A DNA stretch of 64,000 nucleotides from Camelus dromedarius. Its lineage: Eukaryota. The number at the start of each line of letters is the position of its first letter. Within the stretch, counting starts at the first letter, position 1. Made by a program: the position numbers and the translations under genes. The notes beneath the pieces are model-generated. The model was not told the origin of the DNA. It ran no database searches and worked only from the letters and a program-made list of their open reading frames with translations. The stretch covers positions 21,018,001-21,082,000 of the forward strand of contig NC_087454.1 of the NCBI RefSeq assembly GCF_036321535.1, written 5' to 3'. This document shows, one piece after another, positions 22,961 through 36,300 of the stretch.

Positions 22961-25474
22961 CACTTTCATAAAGTTGTGTTACACCACTCAAAAATCATTT
23001 ACCTGCAGAATCACTGACAGCAGCTTAGGCAAATGGAAACTAGGCTGGGGAAAAAAAGAAAAAACAGCCCTAGAAGGTATGTGGTCTTAGAAGAACTAGG
23101 CAGATCGTGTATCACACATCCTGCTGTCCTCACTGAACACTGTCCCTGGTCTGTTCTGACCAGTAGGTCTCCCTTCCTATGTGGGGTTGACATTGCCAAT
23201 GGAGGGCGTGTAAGCAAAGAACACAGACAGCATTCAGAAGCACAGGCCTTAAGAGGAATTAGTGACGGGATTATCAGAAGAAATCGAGATTGAGAATTAC
23301 CTGGAGAGGAGGATTTCCTGTAAACAAAGAGAAGGGAAAAAAAATCCTAGAGAGAGAATTCTCAAAAAAATAAAATGCTGCAAAAAATGTTCAAAAGGAT
23401 AAGATAGAAGAAAGCGTTACTGTGTTTTATAATTAGTGAGGCACCAATAACCTTCAATGGAACTTAGAGTGTTAAAGGTAGAAGCTGTATTTCAGAAGAG
23501 TAAAGAGTGAATTGAAATGAAAAAATGAAGGCAGCAGGTGTAAGCAGGCTTTCAGGAATCTGGGCAGTGAAAACAGGAGAAAAGAAGAGGCTCTCCCTTG
23601 AGAGAAAAGCAACACTAAGGGGAAACTGCTTTTAAGCTGGGAAAGACCTTCACAAGCTTCTGAGTCAAGTGAAAGTCTTAGGAGAAGTTGAAGATAAAAA
23701 GGAGAAGAAAGGAGAAATTGCCCCCAGAATGATTACTGGAATCCAAAAAAACAAAGAGATTGTCAGACATAGCAATGAAAAGAGAAACCCTTTTTCAGAT
23801 ACGAGAGTGAAGTCAGGAAGGTTTGGGGTGAGAAAGAGGGGAATGAGGAAGTTCAAGTTGTGTGGCTTCAACGAACTCAGTTTAGAACAAAGCAAGATCT
23901 TCTGCTAAAAAGGAAATGGAAAAATATGTATTTGGTAACTGAGGCAAGCAAGATCAAAGTGGTCTGTACATACATTCTGATTTATTTAGCGTAGCGCTCC
24001 ATGGCCAATATCACGGATTGTGCAAGATGAAACAGATATGTTTCTCATCTTCAAGAAATGTAAAACCTGGGTGAAGTGACAGGGAAACAATCCACTGTAA
24101 TGTCAGGAAGGATAAAATCAACTTTGTAATGCTTGGGCACACAAGAAGAGAAAATTCTAACAGTCTATAGAGAGTTCATGATGAAGTTGATAAAGTTGAT
24201 AGTTGATACAAGTAGCCAACAAAGAAATTCATAATTCAGAATATCCAGTGTGTGTGAACAATAGAGAGGAGATAAACTTTGAGACCAAAAGTTTATCTGG
24301 AATTCCTTTAAAATTACTGATTAGCCACACCATAAATATATATAGACACACTACTTCATTGAGTGGGAGAAGGGTACAATAGAATTTTTTTTTCTTCTTC
24401 ACTTCCCTAAGGGAACACAGTCTTTAATGGGTATGTAAGGTGGGATTATGATGGCAGTTGACCGGGAGAGGCAGAATTATTTGAGTTATGCATTACCAAA
24501 TATGCTGAAATGCCCTCAGGGCAGCTCTACCCATAAATGTAATAGTAAATTGTAAATCAAAGGCTCAATCTATTATTAGCTGGTCAAACCCCTGATACTC
24601 CAGTAGAGAGTTTATGGTGAGCTGCTATGAAGCCTGAGAACCCAAGCAAGGTAAGAACGAGCCAGAGGTCATTCTTACTACTAAGTCCATAGGCTGTGCT
24701 ATTTCCATTGCACTACATTCCTTATTCAGGTACCCAGAAAACTTTATTTCTACACCTTTAACATCCCTGTAATGATAAGATGCACAAAACGTCAAAATAG
24801 CTTAAGAATTTTACTATAACTTTGGTGCCAGGACATACCTCCTTCCCTGTCTCTTAAAAAGAAATTAGTGGTCTCATATGTCACAAGCAAGGAATGGCAT
24901 ACAGACTACCTGTAGGAAGAGACAGCAGGATCAACCAAGAAGGGAAATAAATAACCCACAACCTGTGAATCTCCCTTGTCAATGGCCTCTGATACATCGT
25001 AAATAAATTGAAGCATCTGATTGGTCCAGTTAGAAGCTTTGCTGAGTCATTTTCTGGGCTTAGTGCCAATGTCTGTGGTGGAAGGATCTGGGCTTCTCGG
25101 GCTTGTCAGAGAAACTACACATTTCTGGGGAGACAACTAATAAAGGGAGAGGTTGTGCCCTGGTTCCTTTCTCCCACGTTTTTGCTTCTGTGTTCTACTT
25201 GTATGCATTTCAAAAAATAAGGTGGGGCATTTGAATTTTTCTCCTCCTGTCTGACTTTCAACCAAGAGCCCACCTAATATAGATACAGGGTTTTCTGTGA
25301 TTTTTTCCCTCAAACTCATATTTTGCATCCCTCTTCCTCTTTCCCTCCCCATTCTCAAGGAAGTAAGAGGCGTTGGATGTGGTGTACATGGTCGTTTATT
25401 GACGGTGTTAAAAAAAAATCATTCCCCAATTTACCTGACAATTAAAACAGCTCTTCAATTGTTATTTTGGTGAC

Positions 25475-26275
25475 TTTATTATTTTTTATTGAAATATAAT
25501 AACCTACAACACTATGTTAGTTTCAAGTGTACAACATAATGATTCAATATTTCTGTACATACAAATAAATCACCGTGGTAAGTCTTTACCATCTGTCACC
25601 ACACAAAATTACTACATTATTATCGACTATATTCCCCACACTGTACATTTCATTCCTGTGACTCATTTATTTTGTAACTGGAGATTTGTACCTCTGAATC
25701 CCCCTCATCTACTTCACTCATTCCCCCTACCCCCATCCCCTTTGGCAACCACCTGTTTGTTCTTTGTATCTATGAGTCTTTCTGCTTTGTGACTGCTTGC
25801 TCATTTGTTTTTTAGATTCCACATATATGTGAAATCATACAGTGTTGTCTTTCTCTATCTTATTTCTCTTGGCATGATACCCACTAGGTCCATCCATGTT
25901 GTCGCTAATGGTACGATTTTATTTCTTTTTCATAGCTGAGTATTATTCCATTGTGTATATACATACACCACATCTTCTTTATTCATTCACCTATCAGTAG
26001 ATACTTATGTTGTTTCCATATTTGGCTACTGTAAACACTGCAATAAACATAGGGGTCCATATAGCTTTTCAATTTTTGTTTTCTTTGGAAAAATACCCAA
26101 AAGTGAAATTGCTGGATCATATAATATTCTATGTTTAAATTTTTGAGGAATCTTCATATTGTTTTCCATGGTGGCTGCACTAACTTACATCCCCACCAAC
26201 AGGGCATGAGGGTTTCCCCTTTCTCCACATCCTCACCTTCACTTGTTATTTGTTGTCTTTTTGCCTTTTGCTCTT
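25475..26275 (-). mobile_element. L1 3' end (L1MA/cetartiodactyl type)
   Basis: ttttattgaaatataat...gtgtacaacataatgattc...ggtccatccatgttgtcgc...ccccaccaacagggcatgaggg. Confidence 0.85.
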
Positions 26276-26289
26276 CTTTTTCAAGATTG

Positions 26290-27330
26290 TTCTGGCTATT
26301 TGGAGTCCTGTGTTTCCATACAAATCTGTTTTAGCCATTTAATTAGGATTGGAATTATCTTTTATTTTCTTTAAAAATTTTATTACATTCCCTTAAATAT
26401 CTGGACCTGGAGCTTTTCGTTGATAAATTTCTCTATTTCCTCCTTTGTAAATAATTCTATGTAGATACTCTAACTCTATAATGGTTGTTCTGGGTATGTC
26501 ATATTTTTCAAGAGAATTATTCTATTAATCCAAATTTTCTAATTTATTTTCATAAAATTGAATGAAACAGTCTCTTCTGACTTTGCCTCTGTTCCTATAT
26601 TAGTTTGTCTTTGTCATTTTTTATTTTCTTTATTTGCAACTTTTCTATTTTTTTGATAAGGTTTGCCAGTAGTTTATTTATTTTCCTGAAAAATTTTAAA
26701 GGTTCTGAATTTATGCATTCTACTGTTTTTCAGTTTTCTAACTCTTTAATTTCTACTTTTATCCTTACTTTCTACCCCTGCTTTCATTTGCTTAATTTTG
26801 TTTCCTTTTCACTTAATTCACTTGGTTTCATTCCTTCCTTTCATTGATATAAGTAATTAAGATCTTGAATTCTCCTCTGAACACTGCTTTAGTTATATGC
26901 CAAATATCTCATATATGTGTATAAAATGTCTATACAAGATTGCTTATAATAGCAAAAGACTTCCAATCACCTAACTACCCGTCAATAAAAGGAGACAAGC
27001 TAAATGAAATATGGTACTTCTGTAAAACAGAATACACTATGATCATATATTTCTAAAGTTTAAAAAGTAAAGTTCAGAACAGGGAACTTAGGGAGCTGCT
27101 ATTTGTGAAAATAGGGAGTGAGAATATATACCCATGCATACGCTTAAGCATATATATAAGTTTCTCTGGAAGGATAAAGATAACGCAAGGGCTATTGACA
27201 AACCATGGGGAAGAGCGGGAGTGAGACTTTCCTCTGTATACCATTTTGTGCCTTTTGAATTTTAAACCACATTGACGTATTGCCTATCCACATGAATTCT
27301 ATCTTTAAAAAAGAGAATAGTGCAAGGGTA
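26290..27330. mobile_element. Old L1ME-like fragments in both orientations
   Basis: AT-rich decayed L1 motifs (cctctgaacactgctttag; tgcttataatagcaaaag). Boundaries approximate. Confidence 0.5.
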
Positions 27331-27624
27331 AGTGGATACAGGGAGTATAGGGGACTCTTTTGAGGAGATTTGTTGTAAAGTTGGGCCAAGTCCACCTGTA
27401 CCTAGCTCTGAGACCCAGGCAAGTTAGTGTTTCTAATCTCCGTTTTCTCATTCTTAGAACTGGGATAGTAATACTCATTACGTTGGATTATCTTAAGGAT
27501 AAAGTAAGACAATATCTGGCTGGCCCTTAGCACAGCGGTAGCACACAGACAGCACTCAGTGAACGATGTTTGCTGATACTGAATTATTACAACTCATAAA
27601 CGTTCTTATTCTCAGCATTTCTTA

Positions 27625-27643
27625 GGACCAGCAGATGGCATCA
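27625..27643 (+). promoter_or_regulatory. CTCF motif between DOB and TAP2
   Basis: GGACCAGCAGATGGCATCA matches CCASYAGRKGGCRS at 13/14. Confidence 0.65.
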
Positions 27644-28879
27644 GACTCAAGTAAATGGATGCTCCTTTCACTGAGCACCCAAAACGGAATCTTCCTCATT
27701 CCCCAGTCCTTTTCCTCCCAAATTCTGGCACTTCCACATTTCCTCCTCTTGAGTCCCGACTGCCGCGTGGAAGGCATGTGGCTGGCCCACGCGGCTGGGG
27801 CATAAAGGACTTGAAGTTCAATGCCATTCCCACACTGGGCAGGGCAGATGGGGTGGGAAGCTGTTTGTGGCTCCAAAGTAATCTATGAGAGTTTCCTAAG
27901 GTTCTTCCTCTCCATTCATATCTCCTTTGGAAAGAGTAGCACAGGACTGAGTGGGAAAGACACTGAAGGTAAGTGACAAGGAGAGGGGGAAATTAATGGG
28001 CAGAAGACAAATGGCGGTGGGCAGCAGGAGAGGAGAGTGAAAAGAACTAGAACTCTGGACCAACCAGAGTCACTCATCTGTGGTTACAGGGCAGACCACA
28101 CCTGTGGGATTTGTAGACGACTCTGTCAGGGAACATTTTTCTTCATTCCTGAAATAAGGCTTACCCAGGAGTTCCCATGATACAACAAACTTTGATGGCC
28201 TCTTAAAATCCTAAGGTCTGCCGCATCTCCCTACACTGCCCATCCCAGCTGTCACTGATTAGCTGTGTGATTTCAGGCCACTTTCCCTCTCTGTAAAATA
28301 AGATTTGCCAGCTACACTATGTTTAAGATATCTTCCAAGTTTAGAGTATTATGAGTCTGTGGGTGTAATTGTACTGAGGCTATCATAGAATTTTAACAGG
28401 TCTTCTCCCATGAGGACTATAGTTTCCGTAAGGTTGGGAGATACAGAGATTATTATTCCTAATTTACAAGTAAAGGAGGGACATTTGGTGGGGAGGGGAA
28501 GGAGTCAGGCCAGGCTTCTCCCTCTTCCAATGCATTTCACCCTCAGTGAAATTTGAGAGATAAACAGGTGTGGAGCCATAGGGCAGCAGCAGGATGAATG
28601 AGGCAAAGATTTATTTGCATAGGAAACTCCCTTTTCTGGCCTCACCCTGCTCCCAACAGTTGCCAGGCAGAAAAAAAAAAAAATCCAACAAAAGTCCTGG
28701 CTAGTTCATTGCCAGCCTGGAAAGTACCTGCTACTTCCAGGAAAGAGAAAGTTTCAGTTTCCTAGAATAGGAAACTTCAAATGTAAAACCCTTCCAGCAA
28801 CCAGTAATATGTACAGCTTTGGATTTTCAGTGAATTACACGTGTAGGGAGGATTGAGAATGAGGACTGCGGAGGAAGGA

Positions 28880-29300
28880 GATTTATTCGTTTATTCAACA
28901 AACATGTATTTATTGTCCATTATGAATCGAGTCCTGTGCCAGGTGTAGATATAAAGCTTAATGAGATACATAGCCTCCCCTCAGTCCCGGAGCTCCCGGC
29001 CTGGTGGAAGGACCGAGGTCCACGGTGGCGGGTGGAGAGAGGAACAAGGACTGTGAAAGAGGGAAATCCCAGGAGCAGAGCGACAGGAGCACATGGAAAA
29101 GGCACTTTTTCCAGACTGAGAAGATAAGGGAAGGCTTCCTGGAAGACCTACATCCTGAGGTGAATCTTAAAGAACCAGGGTAAATCCAAGAGTGTGGTTC
29201 AGGGAGTCCCAGGAAACACGACATGCAGAGGACAAAGGCCTCAGCAGGGCAGGAGGTTTGCTGTGGATGGAGCTTAATCCAGCAAGAAACGGGAAGACAA
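28880..29300 (+). mobile_element. L2 fragment
   Basis: ttattcaacaaacatgtatttattgtcc...gtgccaggtg...acatcctgaggtgaatcttaaaga. Confidence 0.6.
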
Positions 29301-29619
29301 ATGGGCTAGAAAACGTGTCTCTGAGGAAGATCTGAGCAGAAAGGGGTGAAGACGCTGGAAGGATTTTATAGAAGTGACATCATCCAATGTGTCTTCCAGA
29401 AAGAAGAACGACTTTGTGAAGACTGGCTGGAACAGGGGAACCAAGAATCGGGAAACCCCTTTGGAGATGAGATCATCAAAGGCTCCAAATGAAAGTGATA
29501 ACACTGGGCCTCGGGAGAAGGTGATGGATTCAGAGCTATTCAGAGCTTCAGGTAAAAGAGTTTTACTTGACCTGATTACAAGGTAGATCATGACACAAGA
29601 TGCAATGTAATTTATGGGT

Positions 29620-29860
29620 CAAGGGTGTGGACTCTGGGGTCAGCACTGGATTCAGATTCCAACTCCACCACTGTGTAACCTTGGGAGAGTTATTTCATCT
29701 CTTTGAGACTCAAGTTCTCTCATCCATAAAATGGGGATAACAATAACCAGTCTCAAAGGGTTGACGATAAGGATTAAATGAGAATACATGAAAAACGCTT
29801 AGCGTAGCTCCTGCTCATATTAAAACTGTAAGTAGTAGCTATTATCAATGTTTTATTAAT
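29620..29860 (+). mobile_element. MIR SINE
   Basis: ctctggggtcag...tgtgtaaccttgggagagttatttcatctctttgagactcaagttctctcatccataaaatggggataacaata. Confidence 0.8.
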
Positions 29861-30168
29861 ACTGTTAATTAGGGAACTGCGCTCTGCCCCTCCACACCTT
29901 AGCTCCCCTCAAAATATCAGACCCTGATGCGAATGGGGAAAGATACAGAAAGGCAACTTCATGAATATTTATGTCATACTGGTTAATATGTATCTCAAAC
30001 AACAATTAAAAGACTGATAAGACAGACAGCAAAATAGTAACCGTGGTTTTCTCTGGGAAATGAAACAGTGGGCAGTTTTACTTTTCTCCTTCCTACTTTT
30101 CTGTATTGTCTTCATTTTCTATATAAATGTGTGCTATCTGTATAATAAGGGAAAATACGTAAAATATA

Positions 30169-30174
30169 TTTATT
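30169..30174 (-). terminator. Candidate TAP2 polyadenylation signal AATAAA
   Basis: tttatt about 150 nt downstream of the TAP2 stop. Confidence 0.55.
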
Positions 30175-30326
30175 ACGCCACAATACACTACTCAGCACCA
30201 GGCAAAACTGTTCATCAAGGAAACAAGATTCCTGGCAAAAGTACCCGTGGCCTAAATCTCCATTGTGACCCCAGCTCCAAAAACAGCTCCCCAGGGGAGC
30301 TCCCCCAGGGAAACTCAAAGCAGGAG

Positions 30327-33300
30327 CTACTCGGGGTCACTCAGATGGTCACGAGAAGGGTCCAGTGTCTCCGGGCTCTCAGTCCTCCAGCTCTGCTGCA
30401 CCAGGGAGCAGAGGTCCTGCCCCTCCGGGAGCCGGCCGTGCTCCTGCAGCTCCCCCTGCCTCAGCACCAGGATCTGGTCGGCGCTCTGAACCGTCTGCAG
30501 CCGGTGAGCGATCACCAGCACCGTGCGGTCCCCGCGGGACCTCCAGTCCTGCAGCTGAACGGGGAGGATCACAACCTCAGAAAGATAAGAAAGGGATGGG
30601 CACCGCATCCCCGCTGGGCACCATCTCTGGTGGCTGAGGGTCAAGATGGCAGGAAATGAGAGACGACAGGAAAGAGCAGGAGAGGAAGCTCTGCGCTGCT
30701 CTGCTCTCTCAGCTGGGCTGCCACAGCTGGAGGATGAGGAGAGGGCTGTGGAGGAATCAGGGCGTCCCCACACCACGGGAGTCTCCATTCCATCCCCACC
30801 CTAAGAAGGCACAGATACTCTTCCCACTAGTGGCCCGTTCATCCTCCACTGCCCAGTTCTGCACAGGCTGACCCTCAGGTCCCGCCGTCCCCGCCCCTCC
30901 CAGCCAGTACTCACGGCCTGCTCACACTCCACGTCCAAGGCACTGGTGGCTTCATCCAGGATAAGGACCTGTGGGTCCCGCACGAGGGCCCGGGCAATGG
31001 CCAGACGTTGCTTCTGTCCCACAGCCAACTGGCTCCCTTTCTCCCCAACATCTGAAGAAAATGAGAAATGCCTTTCCTCAAACACTGGTGACCATGACAA
31101 TGTCCTCCCCATAGGCAGGGACCAGGGCACAACTGGTGTTTCCACAGAAACCAGTTAGGAGGATGAGTGCCTGGTGGAGGGAGGGAGGTGGCCAGCGGGG
31201 AGACCTCTGGGGCTGGCCATGTCCAGGGAGCATCACTTCTGCCCTGCTCTCCGGGAACAAAGACTCCGGATCAGGACAGATGGCTAAAGGACTCAGGAGG
31301 TTGGGGAAGGAAAGGGAGATGGGAGGTGAGAAGAGGCAACAGCAAACACTGAGTTACAGTGACACAGCCCCGGCCCCAAGAATAAGCTCGTCTGTCCTTT
31401 GACTGAGGTACCTGTAGAGAGTCCATGCTCCATTTCTTTTATGAACTCATCTGCTCTGGCAGCCTGGGCAGCAGCCATCACCTTATCATCACTGCAGCTC
31501 TTCAGCCCGTAAGCAATGTTGTCCCTCACGGAACCCGAGAACAGCACAGGCTCCTGCCCAACCAAAACCACCTGTGCCGAGGGGATGGGAGCAGAGGACT
31601 GTGTGGAAACCCCCACAGCAGGGGCCCTCCTTTCCTCCCCGCCTACCTGCCCCAGAACCGAGTCCTTGCGTGTCTCCGCCTGACCCCTCTCCCGTGCCCT
31701 CTCTGCACATCCTTCCTCTCCAATCTCCTATCCCTCGTCTTCCTCCCCACCCACCTGCTGGTGCAGGTAGTGGTGTTCATACTGGGAGATGGGCACCCCG
31801 TCCAGCAGCACCTGCCCCCCAGTGGGCTGGTACAGGTTCTGCAGCAGGGCAGCCACCGTGCTCTTCCCAGACCCATTGGGCCCCACCAGTGCGGTCATCT
31901 GACCAGGACGTAGGGTGAACGTCAGACCCTAGAAAAGCCAGAAAAGAGTTAGGAGCCTGCCTCTTCTCTGTCCCCTCACCCCATTCTTTCTATCAGAGGC
32001 AAATCATCTACAAGCCATGATGCCTGGTCACACAGGAGCCAGGGGCCCAGGTTCCCTCCCTGGGGCCTGTCAGGCACCTTGAGCACTGGTTGGTTGGGGT
32101 GACTGGGATATGCAAAGGAGACGTCTTGGAATTCCACCAGCCCCTGCAGAGTGGGCGGGGCCAGTGTCCCAGGGGGAGGCAGGTTTGGCTTTCTGTCCAG
32201 GTAGTAGAAAACCTTCTCTGCAGCCCCCACGTTGCTCAGCATATCCCCAAACATGTATACCACGGTCTGCAAAACAGGAGGGCAGGGGTCAGCTAATCAT
32301 ACATAGCTCCACCAGAAAGCAATTTCTCAACTCCTCATGCGCCCTCTGCCACTCTGCACTCCAGCCATGCCTCTCCCCTTATCCAAAAAAAGATTCTCTA
32401 CCTTTAAATGTGTGATCTGATGGAATTTAAAAGCAGCACCAATATCCTATTATTCCAACTTGTAACACAAAGGATATAAAGGACCGAGACGTCCATACTC
32501 CCCTCAACACCGTGACTTGCACCCCAGACCTTTCCAGTTACTGCTCTGTGTTACGCACACAGCTGGTCTGGCCTGATTAGACAGGGAACCCCTTAAAGTC
32601 GGTGCTGTGCCCACCTCATCTTTGTGGCCCCCAGAGTGCCTCACGCACTCTCCCCACAAAAGACACTTAACAAATCTCTACGAAAACTCTAAAATAAAGC
32701 CCAAGATGCAGAAACTATTTTTGAAAACTGGTAAATACAGGGAAAGAACTAAATGCTCATTCTGCCTTTCCTAATCAAACTGTCCCACTGAGTAACCAAA
32801 CAGCAGAGGAGGAGGAGGCACCTCCCTTGAGAGAAGTCTCCCAGCTAATAAATGAAGGAACGACGGCTGTCACCGTTTGCTACCCCCAGTCACTGAATGG
32901 ATCTTGGCTCTGAGCATTATTGGATGAAGCCACCACAGATGTAGATGAGAGACAGGAAGAGACAGATGTAATATATGCACTCTTATTACTTATATGAGAC
33001 GTGAAAATTTGACTGCTGACTGCATTTGATGAACTTTAGAAATTATTATTAATTTTTCAGGTGTGATAATGGCTTTGCAGTTACATATTTTTTAATGTTT
33101 ATATTTAGAGATATATATTTACAGATGAAACCATATCTGGATTTGCTTCAAAATAATATGGGTTGGGGGTTAAGTGGGTGAGGATACAGATGAAACAAGG
33201 CTGGCCATCAGTTATAATTGTTAAAACAGATGCTGGGTACCTGCGGGTTCATTATATATTATATATGGCTATGTTTCAGATTCTCCACAACAAATGAATT

Positions 33301-36300
33301 GGGGTTATTTTGGCTTGGTTTTTTTTTTTAAGGGAAATAAACAGAAGCCAAAGGGGAAAGAGAGCATGCACAGGTCCTGACTCACATGCATATAGGAGCC
33401 CACGTCCTCCTGGTAGAGCAGAAAGGAGAGCAGCCCGCCCCGGGTGAGGTCCCCGGCCAGGATCTGCTGCAGCCCACAGTTCAGCAAGAGCACCTGCATT
33501 GCCAAGTGCAGCGTCTGGAAGGGAGAAGAAAGGGGAACCTGAGAACTTTCATTCTTTGTCCTCCCTGTTCCTACAACACAGAGCAGCAGGGACCCCAGGA
33601 CCAGCTGTAGGATCAGGACCAACCTGCCCCCTCCCTGGCCCCTTCCCCCAGCCACTCAGCCTTCTCACCCTCCTTAAGAGCAGGTAGAGGGCCCGTTCCA
33701 GGTCTCGTCGCCACCACAGATGCTTGCATCGTTCAAGGGCCTCCTTATAGCGACAGACTTCTTGCTCCTCGGCCCCAAAACTGCGCACGGTCTGAAGCCC
33801 TCCAACTGCCTCCCGCACCACCTGCCCTGCTTTCGCCACTGCATCCTGGATCTCCTGAAGCACTGCCTGCAGAAGTGGAGCAGGGGACGGAAGGGGTTGA
33901 CTCGGCAGAAGACAGCAGACCCATGTCTCACTCTAGCCCTTGGGATGCTCCCCCAAACCACCGGGAAATGTCAAACTCTCCTCTTTCCCTCTTTCCTACA
34001 CTTCTTTCCAGAAGGGATCATGAAAGTCAAGGAGGCAGCGAACAAAACACGACTGAGCTCTCAGTATGAGGTAGTGTAGGATATGTGCTATTTTTTTTAA
34101 CCATCATTTGAGGTGACTCACACCACCCCCAGTGTCTGAATGAAGAAATAGAGGTGGTTTTCCCAAGGAGACACAGCTAGTTAACAGACGGTGGAGATGT
34201 AACTCAAAATGGATCAAATGCCTAAACACGAGAGCTAAAACCATCAAACTCTGAGAAGAAAACATGGGGGGAAAGATTCATGAGACTAGACCAGAAATGA
34301 TTTCCTGGATGTGACACCAAAAGCACATACAACAAAAGAAAAAAAAAAAAACAGATAAATTGGACCTCATCAAAATTAAAAACTTTTGTGCATCAAAGGA
34401 TTCTATCAACAGAGTGAGAAGGAAAATCACAGAACAGGAGAAAACATCTGCGAATCATGTATGAGTTAAAAGGTTAATACCCAGAATATATAAAGAATTC
34501 CTACAACTCAACAATTAAAAACAACCCGATTTAAAAATGAGCAAAGGACTTGAATAGATATTTCTCCAAAAAAGATACTAAACTTGTCAACAAACACATG
34601 AAAAGATGCTCAACATCACTAATCAATCAGGAAAAGCAAATCAAAACCATATGAGAGATCAGCTCAATCATTAGGATGGCTATTATTTTTTAAAGTGGTA
34701 TGAATATATGATGGAATATTATTCAGCCATAAAAGAAGGAAATCTTGCCACTTGCAACAACATGGACCTTGAGACCATTATGCTAAGTGAAATATGTCAG
34801 ACAGGAAAAGACAAAAACTGTATGATTCATTTATATGTGGAAATCTAAACAAACAAAACAAAGCAAAAAACATAAAACTCAAAGAAGAAATCAAATTTGC
34901 ATTTGCCAGAGGCAAGGGTAGGAGTTGGGAGAATTGGAAGAAGGTGGTCAAAAGGTACAAACTTCCACTTATAAGATAAATAAGCACTGGGGATATAATT
35001 TAAAAACTATAAAAAGGAACAGAAGATAACAAATCTTCTATTGACAAGGATGTGGAGAAACTGAAACCCTTGTGTACTGCTGGTAGGAATGTAAAACGGT
35101 ACTCTCTCTCTCTCTATCTCTCTCTCATACTCACACACACACAGACACATATCTGCATAAAGTCCCAGGGGCAGGTGGACCTTCTAAAATCAGAGCTGCT
35201 ACTTAAGGGCTGTGAAGAGAAGGCCTGTAGGGGAGCTTTATTCTTCCCCAGGGGCCCCCTAACATCCACACCCACCTGACGGCGGGCATTGTACACCTTC
35301 TCAGCCGCTATTGTGAGAGGCAGCTCGAGCAGAGAGAGGAGGGTGAGTCGAGGAGACAGGCTGAGCATGAAGCCGTACAGTCCCAGAACTTTCACCAGGC
35401 TTCGCAGAAACACATTGGCATTAAGAGGAAGCCAGCAACTCATCAGTTTGGTATCCGAGCTCAGCCGCGAATTCAGCTCCCCTGGGAAGGACAGAGCAGG
35501 TGAGGAAACTGTGTGTTGTAATGTAGAACCCCCTCGTGGGTCGCACAGTCCCCTCCTCACTTGCAGAGAGTCAGATGGAGGCTGCCTCACTACATCGTCC
35601 CCAAAGAGAGAAAATGCAAGTGCCCTGCCAGCGATGCAGGCCGGACAGGCTGGGTGCAGGTGGAGGGCAGCTGAGGGGCAAGGAACGCCAAGGAGAACCC
35701 CAGATCTGGACTCCAGGCCCCACCTGTCTTAGTCTCCTGGAAGAAAGTGAGGTCCTGGCGCAAGAGGGAGGAGAAAAGCTGCTCCCGGATCCGCAGGTTG
35801 ATTCTGGACATGGTGAGGGTGAAGGCGCTTCCTCGGCAGCCAGCAGACAGTGAGCTGCGGGGAGAGGATGAAGGAGAGAGAGATGCAGAAGAGAGAGGAA
35901 GGGGAGAAGCAAGGAGAAAGCACAGAATGAAAAGAAATACAAAGTTGCAGGAAGTATACCATGAGAGCAGAAGAGAAAACAAATAAGAGAGAGGGAGAGA
36001 CACCAGGCAGGAATAAAGGGAGGACATGGTGAGTTAGTTATGGGAACAAAATCATAGCATGAACAGATTCACCAGTATTTATGGAGCTCACTCTGCATTA
36101 GACACAAGGGAACAGTACGACAGAAATGGAAAGATGTTGTGAAGAGGAATAGACTATGACTTGCTTCTGACCAGACCTCCCTCAGTGTTATCTATCCCTC
36201 CAGCCTCCCCCTCCGTCTTGGTCCCTTTCCTGCCTGCCCCTAGTGTCCTTCTCCCTCCTCCCACATACTTCCTTGTGGGAACAGCAGCAATGAACCCTCT

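Noticed and set aside
23000-30000. Homologue of the human TAP2iso alternative last exon (KTLWKFMIF)
   Set aside because: No matching sequence was found by eye on the minus strand. An alignment with the human locus is needed.
30060-30659. 199-aa plus-strand ORF antisense to the TAP2 last exon, and the 191-aa ORF at 8700-9275
   Set aside because: These are shadow frames or intronic low-complexity sequence with no homology cues.
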